DNA of 64,000 bases from positions 17,546,001 through 17,610,000 of the forward strand of contig NC_043002.1 of assembly GCF_006345805.1 (NCBI RefSeq), in the 5' to 3' direction. This document shows, piece by piece, positions 51,037 to 64,000 of this stretch. Within the stretch, counting starts at the first letter, position 1. Every line of letters starts with the position of its first letter. Source of the stretch: Octopus sinensis. Its lineage: Eukaryota. Made by a program: the position numbers and the translations under genes. The notes under the pieces are model-generated. The model saw only the letters and a program-made list of their open reading frames with translations, was not told the DNA's origin and made no database searches.

Positions 51037-51999
51037 TAACAACAATAATATCAAACAGTGTTCGCCGTAAAGTAACGAAAACATCACTATTGCTGCTAGT
51101 GCTGCTACTAGTACTGCTAACTATAACAACACCACCACCGCTCTCAACGGTGATTGTTGAAAACAGTTGGCATCATAATTAAGGCAAGGTCGGACTTTTC
51201 GCTGGAGCGATCTCAAATATGTATTTGTTTAGAAAGATTCCTGATGCGAAATCGTGTGGTGAAACAGAAATTGTTATATTTCAGGATGGTCATAATTATT
51301 TTTTCATCATAATTATTTTGTCGCCAAATAAACACAATGCATGTGTTTATTTGGCGAAAAAAAGGAAAAAGAAAAAGATGTATGACCATCCCGATATATA
51401 ACAAGAGCTTCAAATATCATTGAAATTAATTAGAGGGAAGCCCTCTTAGCTCACATTTCTTTTTACCTGTGGACAACGCTAATATCAGTGTAGGTAGTAC
51501 AAATGTGGGTTCCTGGGCTCAATTCGGAAGCAAGCTGGCTTAACTCTTAAAAGTCAGGAATGGGTTGAACCAAGCCGGACATAAAACGACTTTTTCTTAA
51601 AGACACATTTTCACTTTGAAGTATAAACGCGAAAGAAAGAAGAAAAATTGCCCAAATTTATAATTGTGTCTTGCCAAATAAAATTACCAGAAGTGCCGTA
51701 AAATAGTCATTTTCATTTGTATAAATTCATTTGGTATTGCCTTATTGCAGTTTACGAATGAATGTACAAATCGATACATTTTTCACCCCAAAGCTACTTG
51801 AAGCATAACCTGCCCCTGTACAATCTAGATCATCGTCATCATCATCATTATCATCATCGCCTCACCGATGAGGAAGAAAAGTGTGAAAAGGACTTTCAAC
51901 ACTATATAAAATTTCTATTTATGATTTGAATTCTCCCATCGATAAGGGACACTAATGATTAGGGGCATTTGAATAAGAAGCCCCTCGAGTATCATTGAT

Positions 52000-53400
52000 G
52001 GTGACTGAATTCATGTAAAACATTTGAAAGACCAATTGATGAATTTTGATGTTCTCTATTGAAAGACCGATTGATGATACTCGTGGTTTGGAAGTTAATA
52101 ACGTTAGCTTACTAGATTCCCAGCATGCGCATACTGACACATATTTAATGGCTACGATGTAAGTGTAGTGTCACTTAGCTAGCCGAGAACAGAAGAAAAA
52201 CCGCAGTGTTATTTCGTTTGGTATCAAATCTCGAGGTACGCGCAAACTTTCTAGAATCGGTACGGAAGGTTATGATCTTGAGCCCGTGCGGCAACAGAAG
52301 TACTGGTTTCAGACTATGGGTAGTACATTTCTCGAGAAATATAAAGAGGGCAACGCTTTCAGGTGTCTGGAAGTACTCTTGTAAAATTCTCGCTTTTAGG
52401 AACTAGTTGGCGTCTGGATCGATATCTAAGAAGCATAAAGGGTTTGCGTGTGACTAGCTGATAAATGTGGGATTTGGAAAGTATAGCAAACTTTCAAATA
52501 TTTCCAACTCCCTGAAGGTATCAATCGAATGCCTCACAGGTACTTGGTGTACTCGTATTGGGTCAAGCAGATCTTATCTAGGGAGGGTATTCATTAGATC
52601 ACAAGACATTAGTAACTTAAGATGCCCTGAGTTAGACAAAACCCTAAGATTTAGACAATACGATGAACCAACATAGATCTTGTAAAGAGATGTCTATCTA
52701 GATTTAGCTGAAAACCTCGTTTCGGGCGGTTAAGGCTTACAGTAGTAAGGATTAATGAAAATGGGGATTATAGGTACATATTATCTCGTGAAAAGCAAGT
52801 GAAAGAAAATTACAGAAATGTGCTGGCAAACTAAAATCGAAAGAGATTGCTTTCATGTGCAACCAGTGAGAATGATGTTCGGCTATTTCTCTATGCAAAT
52901 ATTAGGATTACGTTTCAGAGCTAGATATAGGGTTCTAAAACAATTGAGCACGAACGTTTTGCCTGTCCTCAATTAGTGTAAGTGGGACTAAAGCAATATA
53001 CCTTTAGACGACCCAGGATGGGTGCTTGTCCCTTGAATATAAGCAGACGTATGCGCATTTCCGGCTGCACTTTGCTTGACAATTCGAGAGAACTGAGTTA
53101 GGTGATATGTTTACCGAATTGTATAGTCTGTCTTACAACTTTGATGGCTATTTTCCGGAATTCTTTGGTGATGACTTATCTAACTCCTACCGAAACAGAT
53201 ATCAGCACACAGAATTCCTAGTTCTGTAAGCCCGTATGCGGTAGCCCTCCTCAGAAAGAACACTAACAATGGGAATTCTATGGATAATTTCCGGTTCATA
53301 TCTTTGTTACATGCAGTGTTTAGATTGTTTAGATTGAGATCAAGAAAATGGTGTATGTCACCGATAATTGGAACGGGAAAATGCAAAAATTTTTAATCCC
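52000..53400 (+). mobile_element. L1/Tx1-type LINE ORF2 relic (APE endonuclease to start of RT)
   Basis: FRCLEVLL*NSRF*ELVGVW, TRIGSSRSYLGRVFIRSQD, VALLRKNTNNGNSMDNFRFISLL. Confidence 0.7.
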
Positions 53401-54052
53401 TTATAGATCAATTCTGAGACAATATCCAGTTAAGGCAATATAGTGAGGAGAGTAAGCAAAATAGCTATGCCTTCCAAAACACTACATCCACTGCGTATAT
53501 GCATATGTCTTACAATTACCAAGGGATCAGGGTGCTTCATGAATCATAGTTATTTACTTTCGTCTCACATGTATATTATGGTTTGTATTCCCGCTTTTAA
53601 TTGTTACAGATGATATATATCTAGTTATATGTTCTGGATGATTTGATATCTCTGGAAATCTTTACACAAGCGTAAGTTTCAATGACATTAATTCAACCTG
53701 TGCAAAATGAACTCAGTCCAGATTCTTTTGTAGAATGCACATACACACACGCACACACATACAGGCATATATATGTGTGTGTGTGTGTGAGTGTGTGTGT
53801 ATGTGTGTTTGTGCGTGTGTGTATACATACATGCATAGTACATACATACATAAACATACACACACTCACACATATATGTACATATATATATATACTCACA
53901 TATATATATTTATATATGCATGTATATATACATGTAGATGTAGGTACGTACAAAATATGTATGTATGCATATATTTTATTTATTACATTATTGTATGACT
54001 GAGCTCCCTCGCGTCGTTTCGTTTCGTTTCTTTCCCTCCTTTCTCCCATTAT

Positions 54053-54093
<41 letters not shown>

Positions 54094-56939
54094 AAGGCAC
54101 ATGAAAGCATTAGATAAATGCAGTGTAAACTCACTCATACCAATGACTGTAGAATGTGTGAAGACAATGAAAAAGTCAGAAATTTTCTATATGTTAAAAA
54201 CTATGAGATGTACAAAGATGGGAAAATATTTAATGATGGTGTACGGTTAGTGTGTTTCATTCATAGGCTAAGTAAATATTGTACATGTTACACTGTTGTC
54301 CAGAACTTGCTACTTTTGTAAGAATTTGTGGATGTAAAATTATCAAAACATTCCAGCAAAACCAGAATTCTGTTTGTAATTTCCTTTGAATACAACAATA
54401 GATTTAAAGATTAAAAAAAGAAAACAAAAAAAGTAAGATTTATGGTATAGTTTTCCTGAGAAGGAATGAAAGATAGGAAATATATCCATCACTAATCCTA
54501 GTCGAAAATAAAAATGTATTTATTATCTACAGTAAATTTAATAACAACAGTTTTATGTGTGCAGTGACATAGTTTAGGGACTGGTGCTTTTAACTATGTG
54601 TGTACAGTATCACAATGAAGCTGAACCTTGCAGCCATTTTGCTATGGTCACTAAATGCATATCAGAAATATTCCATTTGTTGATAGATGGGAAAACTTGA
54701 AATTCGTATATATTCCATATATTCATGCAGTTGCCGTGGAAAACTTTGTTGTTTAACTCGAGGCATCTATCTCTCTAAAGTAACACAGGAATTAAGAAAT
54801 AATATTTATGCTAAAAACGTTAACGTACTTTGGTGTTGTTTAGTGTAATCTTTAATAAATAACAGTCGTCGAACAGAGAAGCGATATTTTAAAATATCAA
54901 AATTTAGCAAGAATTTCTCTGTAAAATCATAACATGTGTATAATCGAATTGTTTACGAGGAAATAGCCTAGTTTAAAAGATACTACGTGTTTATAAGTTA
55001 CCTTAGGTAACGGCTGATGACAAAAATATGCTTTTGTTCTTGATGGATGCCAATTATTGCAGTAATACTGAATATTCTTCAGAAGTGCAGAGATAGAAAA
55101 AAATGTATCGGAGGAGAAATACTCTTAGGGGATAGAGATGTGTAATAATATTGGCGAAGGTCAATAAGATCTAGAAATATATTCGAATATATATTATTAA
55201 TAATTTTCTAATGAAATATAACAATAAATAAATGTAGTTTGTAAAATATCAAATTATCTTTGCAAGACAATGTAGGGAAAAAAGAAGTAGAAATTCGAAA
55301 GTTTAAATTTCGGATTGAATATATGTTCCTGAAAGGCAATATAGATAAGAGCTAATAAAATGTAAAGAATTTTACAAAATCTTACTTGCAACATAAGAAA
55401 ACCGAGTAACTAAGCACATTATATAAATATAATCTCATTATTCTGACAATGACTGGTTTAAAACAACCCAATAATGGTAATCTGATTTAAAGAAAATTGT
55501 TAACAGAGTGGGAGAGAAATAATAGGACATAATCTAAATGGAGATATTAATTTAAGTATATATAAAATGGACTTTGGGGGAAATGATTTATTTAAATAAG
55601 ATATAGAAATGCCAGAATTTATCTCTAAATATAACAAGCAAAATTTAATATTTAATTCGAGATGGATATAAAATAAAATTTATAGTGTTATTATGAAAGC
55701 ATTATTCCTGTAGAAAAATGTATAGCAATATAAATGATAATGCAATAATCATTCATGATATAATTAAGAATTTCTAATATCGTTTTCTATCATCAACAGA
55801 ACACAATCTCTTACAAATATAGATACTCGCAAACACACAAACTCATCATATACGCTCACAAACATATAGTGTTGTACACAAACCAACATAGAGAAGAATA
55901 GACATAGAAATAAAAGGAAAATATAAAACGACACACAAACATGTACTCGCTTATACACAGATATATTCACGTTACACACATGCGCTAATTCAAAGAGACA
56001 CATACATGCAATAATGAACAGGGAAGGGAAAATAAAGCCATTTTCATTCCCCTGTCTTCTTATAATAATTTTAACGATATATTACGATAAACTTTGATTC
56101 CTTGAGTACTCCTAAAACTATGATATATTGTTGTATCTGCAGACAGTCAGCACTTTCATCAGTGGGCTTTCCATTGTATTTAAAAATCATAGTTTTATAA
56201 TAATCTTATGAAGACGTTAATTTACCACGTAATTAGCTCCATGTATATTACTATCGCGTCAGAATCTTCTTTTCAAACTGACGTTTACTTCATTTATTAG
56301 TAGTTGACTTTAGAATATAATTGCTAGTATTTATAGCATGTCGAGAAACAACCTACAACCTCGCTCTTGGTTCTTAAGCAGTTGTCTGAGATGGTGACAT
56401 TTTATGTGTTTCGCTCTATTGACAGAATTTTTCTGTGATGAACTGAGAAGAAATTTTAATTATGTTTAGTGAGTTAATTATGATGTTTGCATTTGCATAA
56501 TGTCAAAAAACTAAAAGCTGTTAGTTGAAAAAAAAATTGATAAACCAAGCAATTACTCTCTTCTACTAAATGTTAACAACTAAATTATTTCTAGGTTAAT
56601 TGATTTTAGCTATCTCATTTGAAACAAGAAAGCAATACAAAAATCTATAGAAAAACTGTCAAAGGTATTTTCATTGGGACAACAAAATAACACCTTTTTT
56701 CAATTTTCAATTTAATTTATAGTCGGTTCTGAGCATACGTCCATATCTGAAATTAAAACTTAGAAAGACTTTATCTCTCTATACAAGCACGCTTTCAAAT
56801 CATCCTACATGTGCAAAATTGCACCTCGTCTTATTGAACAGTTCGGAAATTCTGAAGCTATATATTTTATTTGTTTTATCCTCATTCAAAATTTTACAAG
56901 CATTAGGTTATATAATATGCTCAAATATCAACTCGGAGT

Positions 56940-57145
56940 AAGACAACGTGCGGCCAGAATTGTTAGCACGCCGGGCAAAACGTTTAGCGGTATTGCGTCC
57001 GTCTCTACTGTTCTGGGTTCAAATTCCGCCGAGATCGACTGTACCATTTGTCTTTTCGAGGACGATAAAATAATTAGTAGCTGATGTAATCGACGAAACC
57101 CCTTCGTCAAATTAGTGACCTCGTGTCAAAATCTAAAACCAATAT
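56940..57145 (+). mobile_element. Degenerate SINE family 1
   Basis: gttagcacgccgggcaaaacg...ggttcaaattccgccgagatcgact. Confidence 0.8.
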
Positions 57146-57633
57146 GAACTCGAAATAGAAATACAGTAGATAGCAATAACTTTGGATTAATAAAGTGTAA
57201 TTAGATGAAGCAAAACAACAGCCACCGAAGAGAATCCCTAAATCCGACAATTAAACTGACATTCCTCAGGAATATAAATCGGTAATATTTGTACTTTTAC
57301 TTCCAAGGCGAAGGAAATATATATTTGAATAAATTGGACAGAACTGCATAAAATCACTACATTCATACGTGCAGAAATATAATTCTTTCCGTATAAGAAT
57401 GATGAGTATTTGTTGACATGTATGTGACCGAATGCCTTTCCATTTAATCACATTGCCAATGCAACTAGACAAACAGTGAAATTATTGATTAGTAGATTAG
57501 TAATAATTACCAGAACAAGCAGTCTGAGGCACGAATAAGTATCGAAACGGGGTTATACTAGTTTTAGTGTTATTTCAGTTTGGCATTCTCTGAACAGAAT
57601 CATTGAAGTCTCATAATTTCTAGCAATATATAT

Positions 57634-57863
57634 ATTTCTTTATTGCCCACAAGAGGCTAAACATAGAGAGGACAAACAAGGACAGACAAAGGGATTAAGT
57701 CGATTACATCGACCCCAGTGCGTAACTGGTACTAAATTTATCGACCCCGAAAGGATGAAAGGCAAAGTCGACCTCGGCGGAATTTGAACTCAGAACGTAA
57801 CGACAGAGGAAATACCGCTAAACATTTCGCCCGACGTGCTAACGTTTCTGCCAGCTCGCCGCT
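57634..57863 (-). mobile_element. SINE family 1 monomer with a 17-bp TSD
   Basis: tttctagcaatatatat at 57617-57633 and 57864-57880. Confidence 0.92.
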
Positions 57864-58419
57864 TTTCTAGCAATATATATTCTATCATCAAAGTAAGAAT
57901 ATTTTGTCAACGTACACACACAGAAATATACAAAATATTGGGCTGTGGCAAATTAATTGCAAATTGAAAAGTAATTAAACGCATAATATTTTTGATTTGG
58001 TTTTATAGAATTGTAGGGATTCCTGCTACCTGTTTCAATTTTGTCTGGAATCGACAAATTTACAGAAATAATACATAAAAGATTTTGTGATTATAGGAAA
58101 CACTCTTCTTCGCACGATACTGTCAGGTATTTCAGAATTTGGTGAAACTAGCACAACAATTTACTACCACTCAATCTGTTCCAGATACGATACAAGACAA
58201 CGAGTGTTTACAAAGAATATTGGAATAACGTGCTGTTTACAATGACAAACAAGAAGGTTCTTTAGTTTAAATCAAGCCACATTTTACACACGAATAATCA
58301 CGCCTAGAAATCTGTCATAGTTACCGCCTCCTAATAACTGTAGAAATGTTCAGATTTGTTTCCAACTTAAGCTGGCTTCATGAATATTATGTATGCATAC
58401 GTGTATTTAAGTATTTATG

Positions 58420-58930
58420 CCTACGTATGTACGTACGTACGTACGTATGTATGTATGTATGTATGTATGTACGTACGTATGTACGTACGTATGTACGTAC
58501 GTATGTATGTATGTGTGTGTGTTTGTATGTATGTATGTTTGTATGTATGTATGTATTTATGTATGTATGTATATACGTATGTATGTATGTTTGTATGTAT
58601 GTACGTACGTATGTACGTACGTATGTATATATGCATGTGTGTGTGTTTGTATGTATGTATGTATGCTTGTATGTATGTATGTATGTATGTATGTATGAAT
58701 GTATGTATGTATTTATGTATGTATGTATGCATGTATGTATGTATGTATGTATGCGTGTTTTTTATGTATGTATGTATGTATGTATGTATGCATGTATGTA
58801 TGTATGTATGTATGCATGTATGTATGTATTTATGTATGCATGTATGCATGTATGTATGTATGCATGTATGTATGTATGTATGTATGTATGTATGTATGTA
58901 TGTATGTATGTATGTATGTATGTATGAATG
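58420..58930. repeat. (TATG)n array with TACG/CATG variants
   Basis: Direct reading. Confidence 0.95.
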
Positions 58931-59068
58931 CATGTCTGGCAAATGTATCATACTAAATTATACGTGACACGCTTCAGGATGTGACAGGATTTAGGAATCT
59001 GCACGAAATAGCCTCTAAACCTTCCATAAACACAAGTGTCATACAAAGTTTTAAAACTATTCAGACAA

Positions 59069-59350
59069 GGCGTGGCTGTGTGGTAAGTGTATTGCTTACC
59101 AACCACATGATTCTGAGTTCAGGCCCAATGCGTGGTACCTTGGGTAAGTGTTTTGAACTATACCCTCGGGCCGACCAGAGTGGATTTGGTAGACGGAAAC
59201 TGAAAGAAGCCCATCGTATATATGTATGTGTGGATGATTGTGTGCCTGTGTTTGTTCCCCACCACCGTTTCACAACCGATGTTGGTGTGTTTACGTCCCT
59301 CTAACTTAATGGTTCGGCAAAATAATCCGATTGAATACGTACTAGGTTTA
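59069..59350 (+). mobile_element. SINE family 2, 3'-truncated
   Basis: ggcgtggctgtgtggtaag head through taacttaatggttcggcaaa. Confidence 0.85.
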
Positions 59351-59539
59351 TAAGGCACATTCAAATAAACATGCAAACACACGCACATAGACACACGAAT
59401 ACAAACACACACACACACACACACATACACATATACGCACCGCATGCGTGTGCACATATACAGACACTTTGATTCAGATAGAGAATATATAAATACAATC
59501 GATAAACTCTACAAACACAGCATTAGAATTCACACTCCA

Positions 59540-60700
59540 TCCATAAAATGTTAACACTTACGAATATCATACATTTGGGCTGACTTCAATGCACTCCGCA
59601 TCTCTTGGATTCCGATACCATAAATCATAAAAGAGATAATACAGTCACATTTTAAACTCGCATACATTCGGTAATCAATACAAATACACTCATATGCCTC
59701 AACAATTCAACGATTTTCCCTCAGATGTCATATTCTGCTCCATAAAACTACATTCTCCAATCATTTGGCAAAAATTCTTAAAACATTACTTCGACTATCC
59801 ACTAATTATCTTTGCAACATACTCTCTCATCTCTAGTAAACTAAAAGCACTTTTACAAACTTCAAAAAAGCTTAATGGAACGATATCCAGGACGAAAGCG
59901 AATCGAGGCTTTTAAATTTCATTGTCGCAATCATTAACATAAGCAGTGTAATGCATATATGGAAGAAAATAATTATAGGCGACTGAAAAAAAAATGGCTG
60001 ACAAGGCGTCATAAAGACCAGAAATATCCAGCCTCATAACCATCAGAGATAGTTCCAGACACAAGACACCAAAGCCACGCGAAACGGAAATAAAACTTAG
60101 TATTAATCAATTAATCAAATATGTAACAAAAATAGAAAAGAAAACTGGAAGCAAAAGATGTTATGCCCAAAATAAGCCCCATTATTCACAGCTTAATATT
60201 ATATAGAATAATTAGCAATCTCAACTTCAAAAGTAACAGTGAGAAAATTACAATGTCACATTAACAGCCAGGAATAAAATATTCACACAGCAACACAAAG
60301 CAAGAAGATTTCTCAACAATTTCTCTCAACTTAATCACGGCCTGCCATGCAACCAGACAGAAAGAAAAACAAGAAAATATGCACAGTGAACGTAGACACG
60401 ATTCTTAAACTTGCATTTTACAAGTAGCCAGAGAGTTACAATATATATATATATATATACAAGAAGCAAAGGCCTCATGACAACATAAAATCACAAGCAC
60501 ACACTTAGAACAACAGTCGCCTAAGGAAAGAATTATAGAATTCAACAATATTTATACGTGCTTGTAACGATGTCGTCAAATTTCCGGACGCTGAGCAAAA
60601 TGATAATCATAAACTTTTAAAATATTAAAACTTTCCATAGTTTCGTCATCTCCCTCCTCATGATAATCTCTCTAATTTTCTTAAAATATTCTTCTTAATA
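59540..60700 (+). mobile_element. Old LINE APE-endonuclease relic (I/Ingi/Jockey-like)
   Basis: IWADFNALRISW (cf. GDFNAHHxxW) and PSDVIFCSIKL...WQ...DYPLII (cf. SPDxTxxS...W...SDHxPI). Confidence 0.4.
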
Positions 60701-60751
60701 TCATTCAAGCTTGGCCGCTACCATTTCCCTTTTAATATATCAGCTGGGTAA

Positions 60752-60961
60752 GGCGGCGAACTGGCAGAAATGTTAGTGCGCCGGGCGAAACGCTTTGTGG
60801 TATTTCGTCCGCCGCTGCGTCCTGATTTCGAATTCCGCCGAGGTCGACTTTGGCTTTCATCCTTTCGGGGTCGACAAATAAGTACCAGTTACGCACTAGG
60901 GTCGGTGTAATCGACTTAATTCGTTTGTCCGCCCTTGTTTGCCCCCTCTATGTTTAGCCCC
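60752..60961 (+). mobile_element. SINE family 1 monomer
   Basis: Head plus one unit. Confidence 0.9.
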
Positions 60962-61036
60962 AATTGTAGCGCTCAGATTTGAACTTACACTCCGTAACCT
61001 TTTGAGCTCTACAAAGTGATTTCCACATATGTATGA

Positions 61037-61080
<44 letters not shown>

Positions 61081-61083
61081 TAT

Positions 61084-61118
<35 letters not shown>

Positions 61119-61124
61119 CACACG

Positions 61125-61203
<79 letters not shown>

Positions 61204-61251
61204 AAACAAGTCAAGATAGAAAATGCTAATATAATTTTATAAAGAAAATTT

Positions 61252-61290
61252 CAGTACCGGTTTCGGTCATTTTGAGACCTTTTCAACTGT
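61252..61290 (-). ncRNA. Minimal type I hammerhead motif, U3-A8 core variant
   Basis: Minus strand: cag-TTGAAAA-GGTCtcaaaatGACC-GAAA-CCG-GTA-ctg, with palindromic stem III ACCGGT. Confidence 0.65.
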
Positions 61291-62123
61291 AACGATTAAA
61301 TAATTAAATTTCGAAAAATTAAAAGAAAAGTTTTTTTAAAGGAATAATTGTATAGTGTTCAAATATAAGTGGCATTTTCCTTGTTTCTGCCTTTCTCTGT
61401 CTCTCTTGTTTACACTTGTGGGTTCGAAGTCGTTGTGAATTTTGGTAGGCTAGAAGAAGAAGAAGAAGAAGAAGAAGAAGAAGAAGAAGAAGAAGAAGAA
61501 GAAGAAGAAGAAGAAGAAGAAGAAGGATGATGAGGAGAAGAGGTGGGAAAATTTGGGAGTGCCTTGATTGTCGTATTTTGAATGGTCAGTGGCGGCTAGC
61601 AGTTGCAGTTCAATTCATGAGAATATTTCTATTGAAAGGTTTGTTAATAGAATTTGCGTAGGTGTTATACTAAAACGAATTAGTGATAAAGTTAAGATGT
61701 AGAAGGTGGAGCAGCAGCAGCAGCAGCAGCAGGAGAAGAAGAATAAGAAGAGGAAGGGAAGGAAGAAGAAGAAGAAGAACAAGAACAAGAACAACAAGAA
61801 CAACAAGAACAAGAAGATGGTGATGATGATGATGATGATGATGATGATGTTGATGACGATGTTGATGATGATGAAGAAGAAGAAGGAGAAGGAGAAGAAG
61901 AAGAAGAAAAAGATGATGATGATGATGATGATGATGATGACGATGATGATGATGATAATGATCATGAAGAAGAGGAAGAAGAAGAAAGAGAAGGGAGAAT
62001 ATGAATGAGTGGAAGTGGTGAGGTGTTGTATGATTTGAAGTTGGCACGTTATGGGTTATAGCTGTGATTGTGGCTGATTTGTAATGGATTCTTTGGAATG
62101 TAATATTTGCGTGTGTATTTGTG

Positions 62124-64000
62124 TTATTCTAAAGCTGAGGTGTATATATCGTTTGCCGTAGACCCGTTAAGAAGTGGCCTGTATTTTGTAATAAAGGGAG
62201 TTTCTTTACTTATTCGTTGTCTCGAGGTTGTATCGTCCCTGAATTGGTAGAGGGGGAAGATCCTGAAGCTTGGTGTTTTTTTGTTGGCGCAAGTATCTAT
62301 GTGTTGGCTGAATGCTATTTTCCTGTTTTGGGGAATTTTTATCTGGGATTTGTACAGGGCCATTCTTTTACGCAAACTATTTTTTGATTGGCCTATGTAC
62401 TGCTCTTGACACCCAGAGCAGGTTAGTGTTATATCAGGTTCTCCGAAGCACATGTGAAGTCGCTTTTCACTGTAAACCGTTGTCCCTGTTTGAAGGAGAA
62501 CTCTGATCCCTCTATTAGATAATCGCATATCCTGCAATTGGGTCTTCCACACTTTTTTACTGTCGGCCTCTGTGTTGAAGAGTGTATTCGGGCTTGTGTT
62601 AGGAGACTTTTCATAGATTTAGGCTGTCTCTTGCTTTTTATAATCGTGTGTGTTTGGAGGATTGTGTTCATTCTGTGGTCTTTTTTAGGAGGGGTATGTT
62701 TTGGAGGATGGTGTCGAAAGCTTCATTGTTGAGTGTTGTGTGTGGAGATGTATGGTAGGTCTTTTGGTCGTAAATGTTTCTTTGATTTGGGATGTCTCAG
62801 TTCCTGGATGTTGAGTTGAAGGGCACGTTGAATGCATAAGTCAATAAGTGAAGGTCGGTAGTTCCTGGTGATGAGGGTATCTTTTAGTTCTTGTATACGT
62901 GTGTCTGGTGTTTGCATTAGAAACTATAGTACATATCCTTTTTGCTAGGTTGAAGGGGATATTCATTCTGGTGTGTCTGGGGTGGCATGAATTGAATGGA
63001 AGATATTGCTTAGAATCTGTAGGCTTATAGTATATGTCTGTTTCTATTACATTATTAGCTTTCTTAATGAGGATATCGAGGAAGAGGAGTTGTTGCTAGC
63101 TATATTCCATCGTGAATTGGATGTTTACGCCCAGTACATTTAAAATTGCTTGGAATTCTTTGAGTTTCTCTATATTTTCATGCCAAAGAATGAAACATTC
63201 ATCTAGATATCTCTTCCAGTTGTTTTCTATGTAGATGGCGAAAGGGCTGCCATATCTTTGTAGAACCTTACGATACAGACTGATTTCTAGATATCCTATG
63301 ACTAGGTTGGCAAAGGAGGGGGGCCATTCGTGTACCCATCGCAGTCCCCAATTTTTGTCGGTAGAAGTTGTCTTTGAAGGCGAAGAAGTTATTTTCCAGG
63401 ATGAATTTAACCCCATCTATCACGAATTCTTTTTTGATGCGATGTGGGTGTTCGTTGGCGTGATTCTCTAGCCAGAAGTGAATTGCTTCTATTCCAAGGT
63501 TGTGGGGGATATTGGAGTAGAGGTTGACTACATCGAAGGATACTAGTAGAGTGTTTTTGTTTATAGTATTAGGTAGGTGACTGAGCATATCCAAGTCGTC
63601 CCTTATATAGCTTTTGACATGTTTGAGGAGTGGTTTTAACAGGGTGTCTAAAAAGTTACTGAGGTGGTGGGTTTCGCATGCGGAAATTGCTATTATGGGT
63701 CTCAGTTGAGGTCATTAGGATTAGGGACTTTATTATTTTGTCTGTAGCTATCTTGCATGCGTTACTTATTTTCTCACTTTTGTGTATCTTAGGTATACCG
63801 TAGAATTGGCTGGTTTTACTTGTGAAATTGGTCATATAATCATATTCGTTGTCGGTGAGCCCTTCTTTGAATGAGTTTAACATGGATTTTAGTTCCCTCA
63901 TTATTTTTTGTTGACTGTAGTTTTGTGCCTTTTCATAATATGTTGTGTCTTCCAGCATAGATAGTACTAAAGTTATGTAAAATGTCGTGTCCATTAAGAC
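62124..64000 (-). pseudogene. PLE RT plus C-terminal GIY-YIG endonuclease, frameshifted
   Basis: FYGIPKIHK, LVSFDVVNLYSNIP, YRQKLGTAMGTRMAP, WKRYLDECF, IYYKPTD, KCGRPNCRIC, FTCASENLI...CSGCQEQYIGQS. Confidence 0.92.

Larger units (their letters stand above)
61200..64000 (-). mobile_element. Penelope-like retroelement (Neptune-like), continuing beyond the window end
   Basis: RT-thumb-GIY-YIG ORF relic followed by a microsatellite-rich 3' region and a terminal hammerhead motif. Confidence 0.9.

Noticed and set aside
54900-55700. Possible old L1-type ORF2 C-terminal relic
   Set aside because: Only vague motif similarity in extremely AT-rich, stop-riddled sequence.

Overview
Very AT-rich, repeat-dominated eukaryotic DNA, most likely intronic or intergenic. 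The SINE and microsatellite content resembles Octopus/coleoid cephalopod genomes; this is inferred from remembered repeat families, not from a search. No intact host protein-coding gene can be supported, and almost all ORF-track entries are translations of microsatellites or of decayed transposons. Transposons recognised by manual translation: two Penelope-like elements (PLEs), two CR1/Jockey-type LINE relics, two R4/Dong-type LINEs, L1/Tx1-type ORF1 and ORF2 relics, a CRE-type RT fragment, a piggyBac transposase relic, and at least four tRNA-derived SINE families. Best leads: (1) a 3.26-kb fold-back PLE (7188-10448) with near-identical 1.17-kb arms, each carrying a canonical-core hammerhead ribozyme motif; (2) a second PLE ending in a hammerhead with the compensatory U3-A8 core variant; (3) two intronless, heavily decayed tandem protein-tyrosine-phosphatase-like (D1-D2) reading frames; (4) HDV-like ribozyme candidates at the 5' ends of the R4-type LINEs; (5) SINE multimers bounded by a single TSD, and a probable LINE-SINE shared 3' tail. 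Motif calls were made by eye without databases. Boundaries are approximate unless stated as exact.
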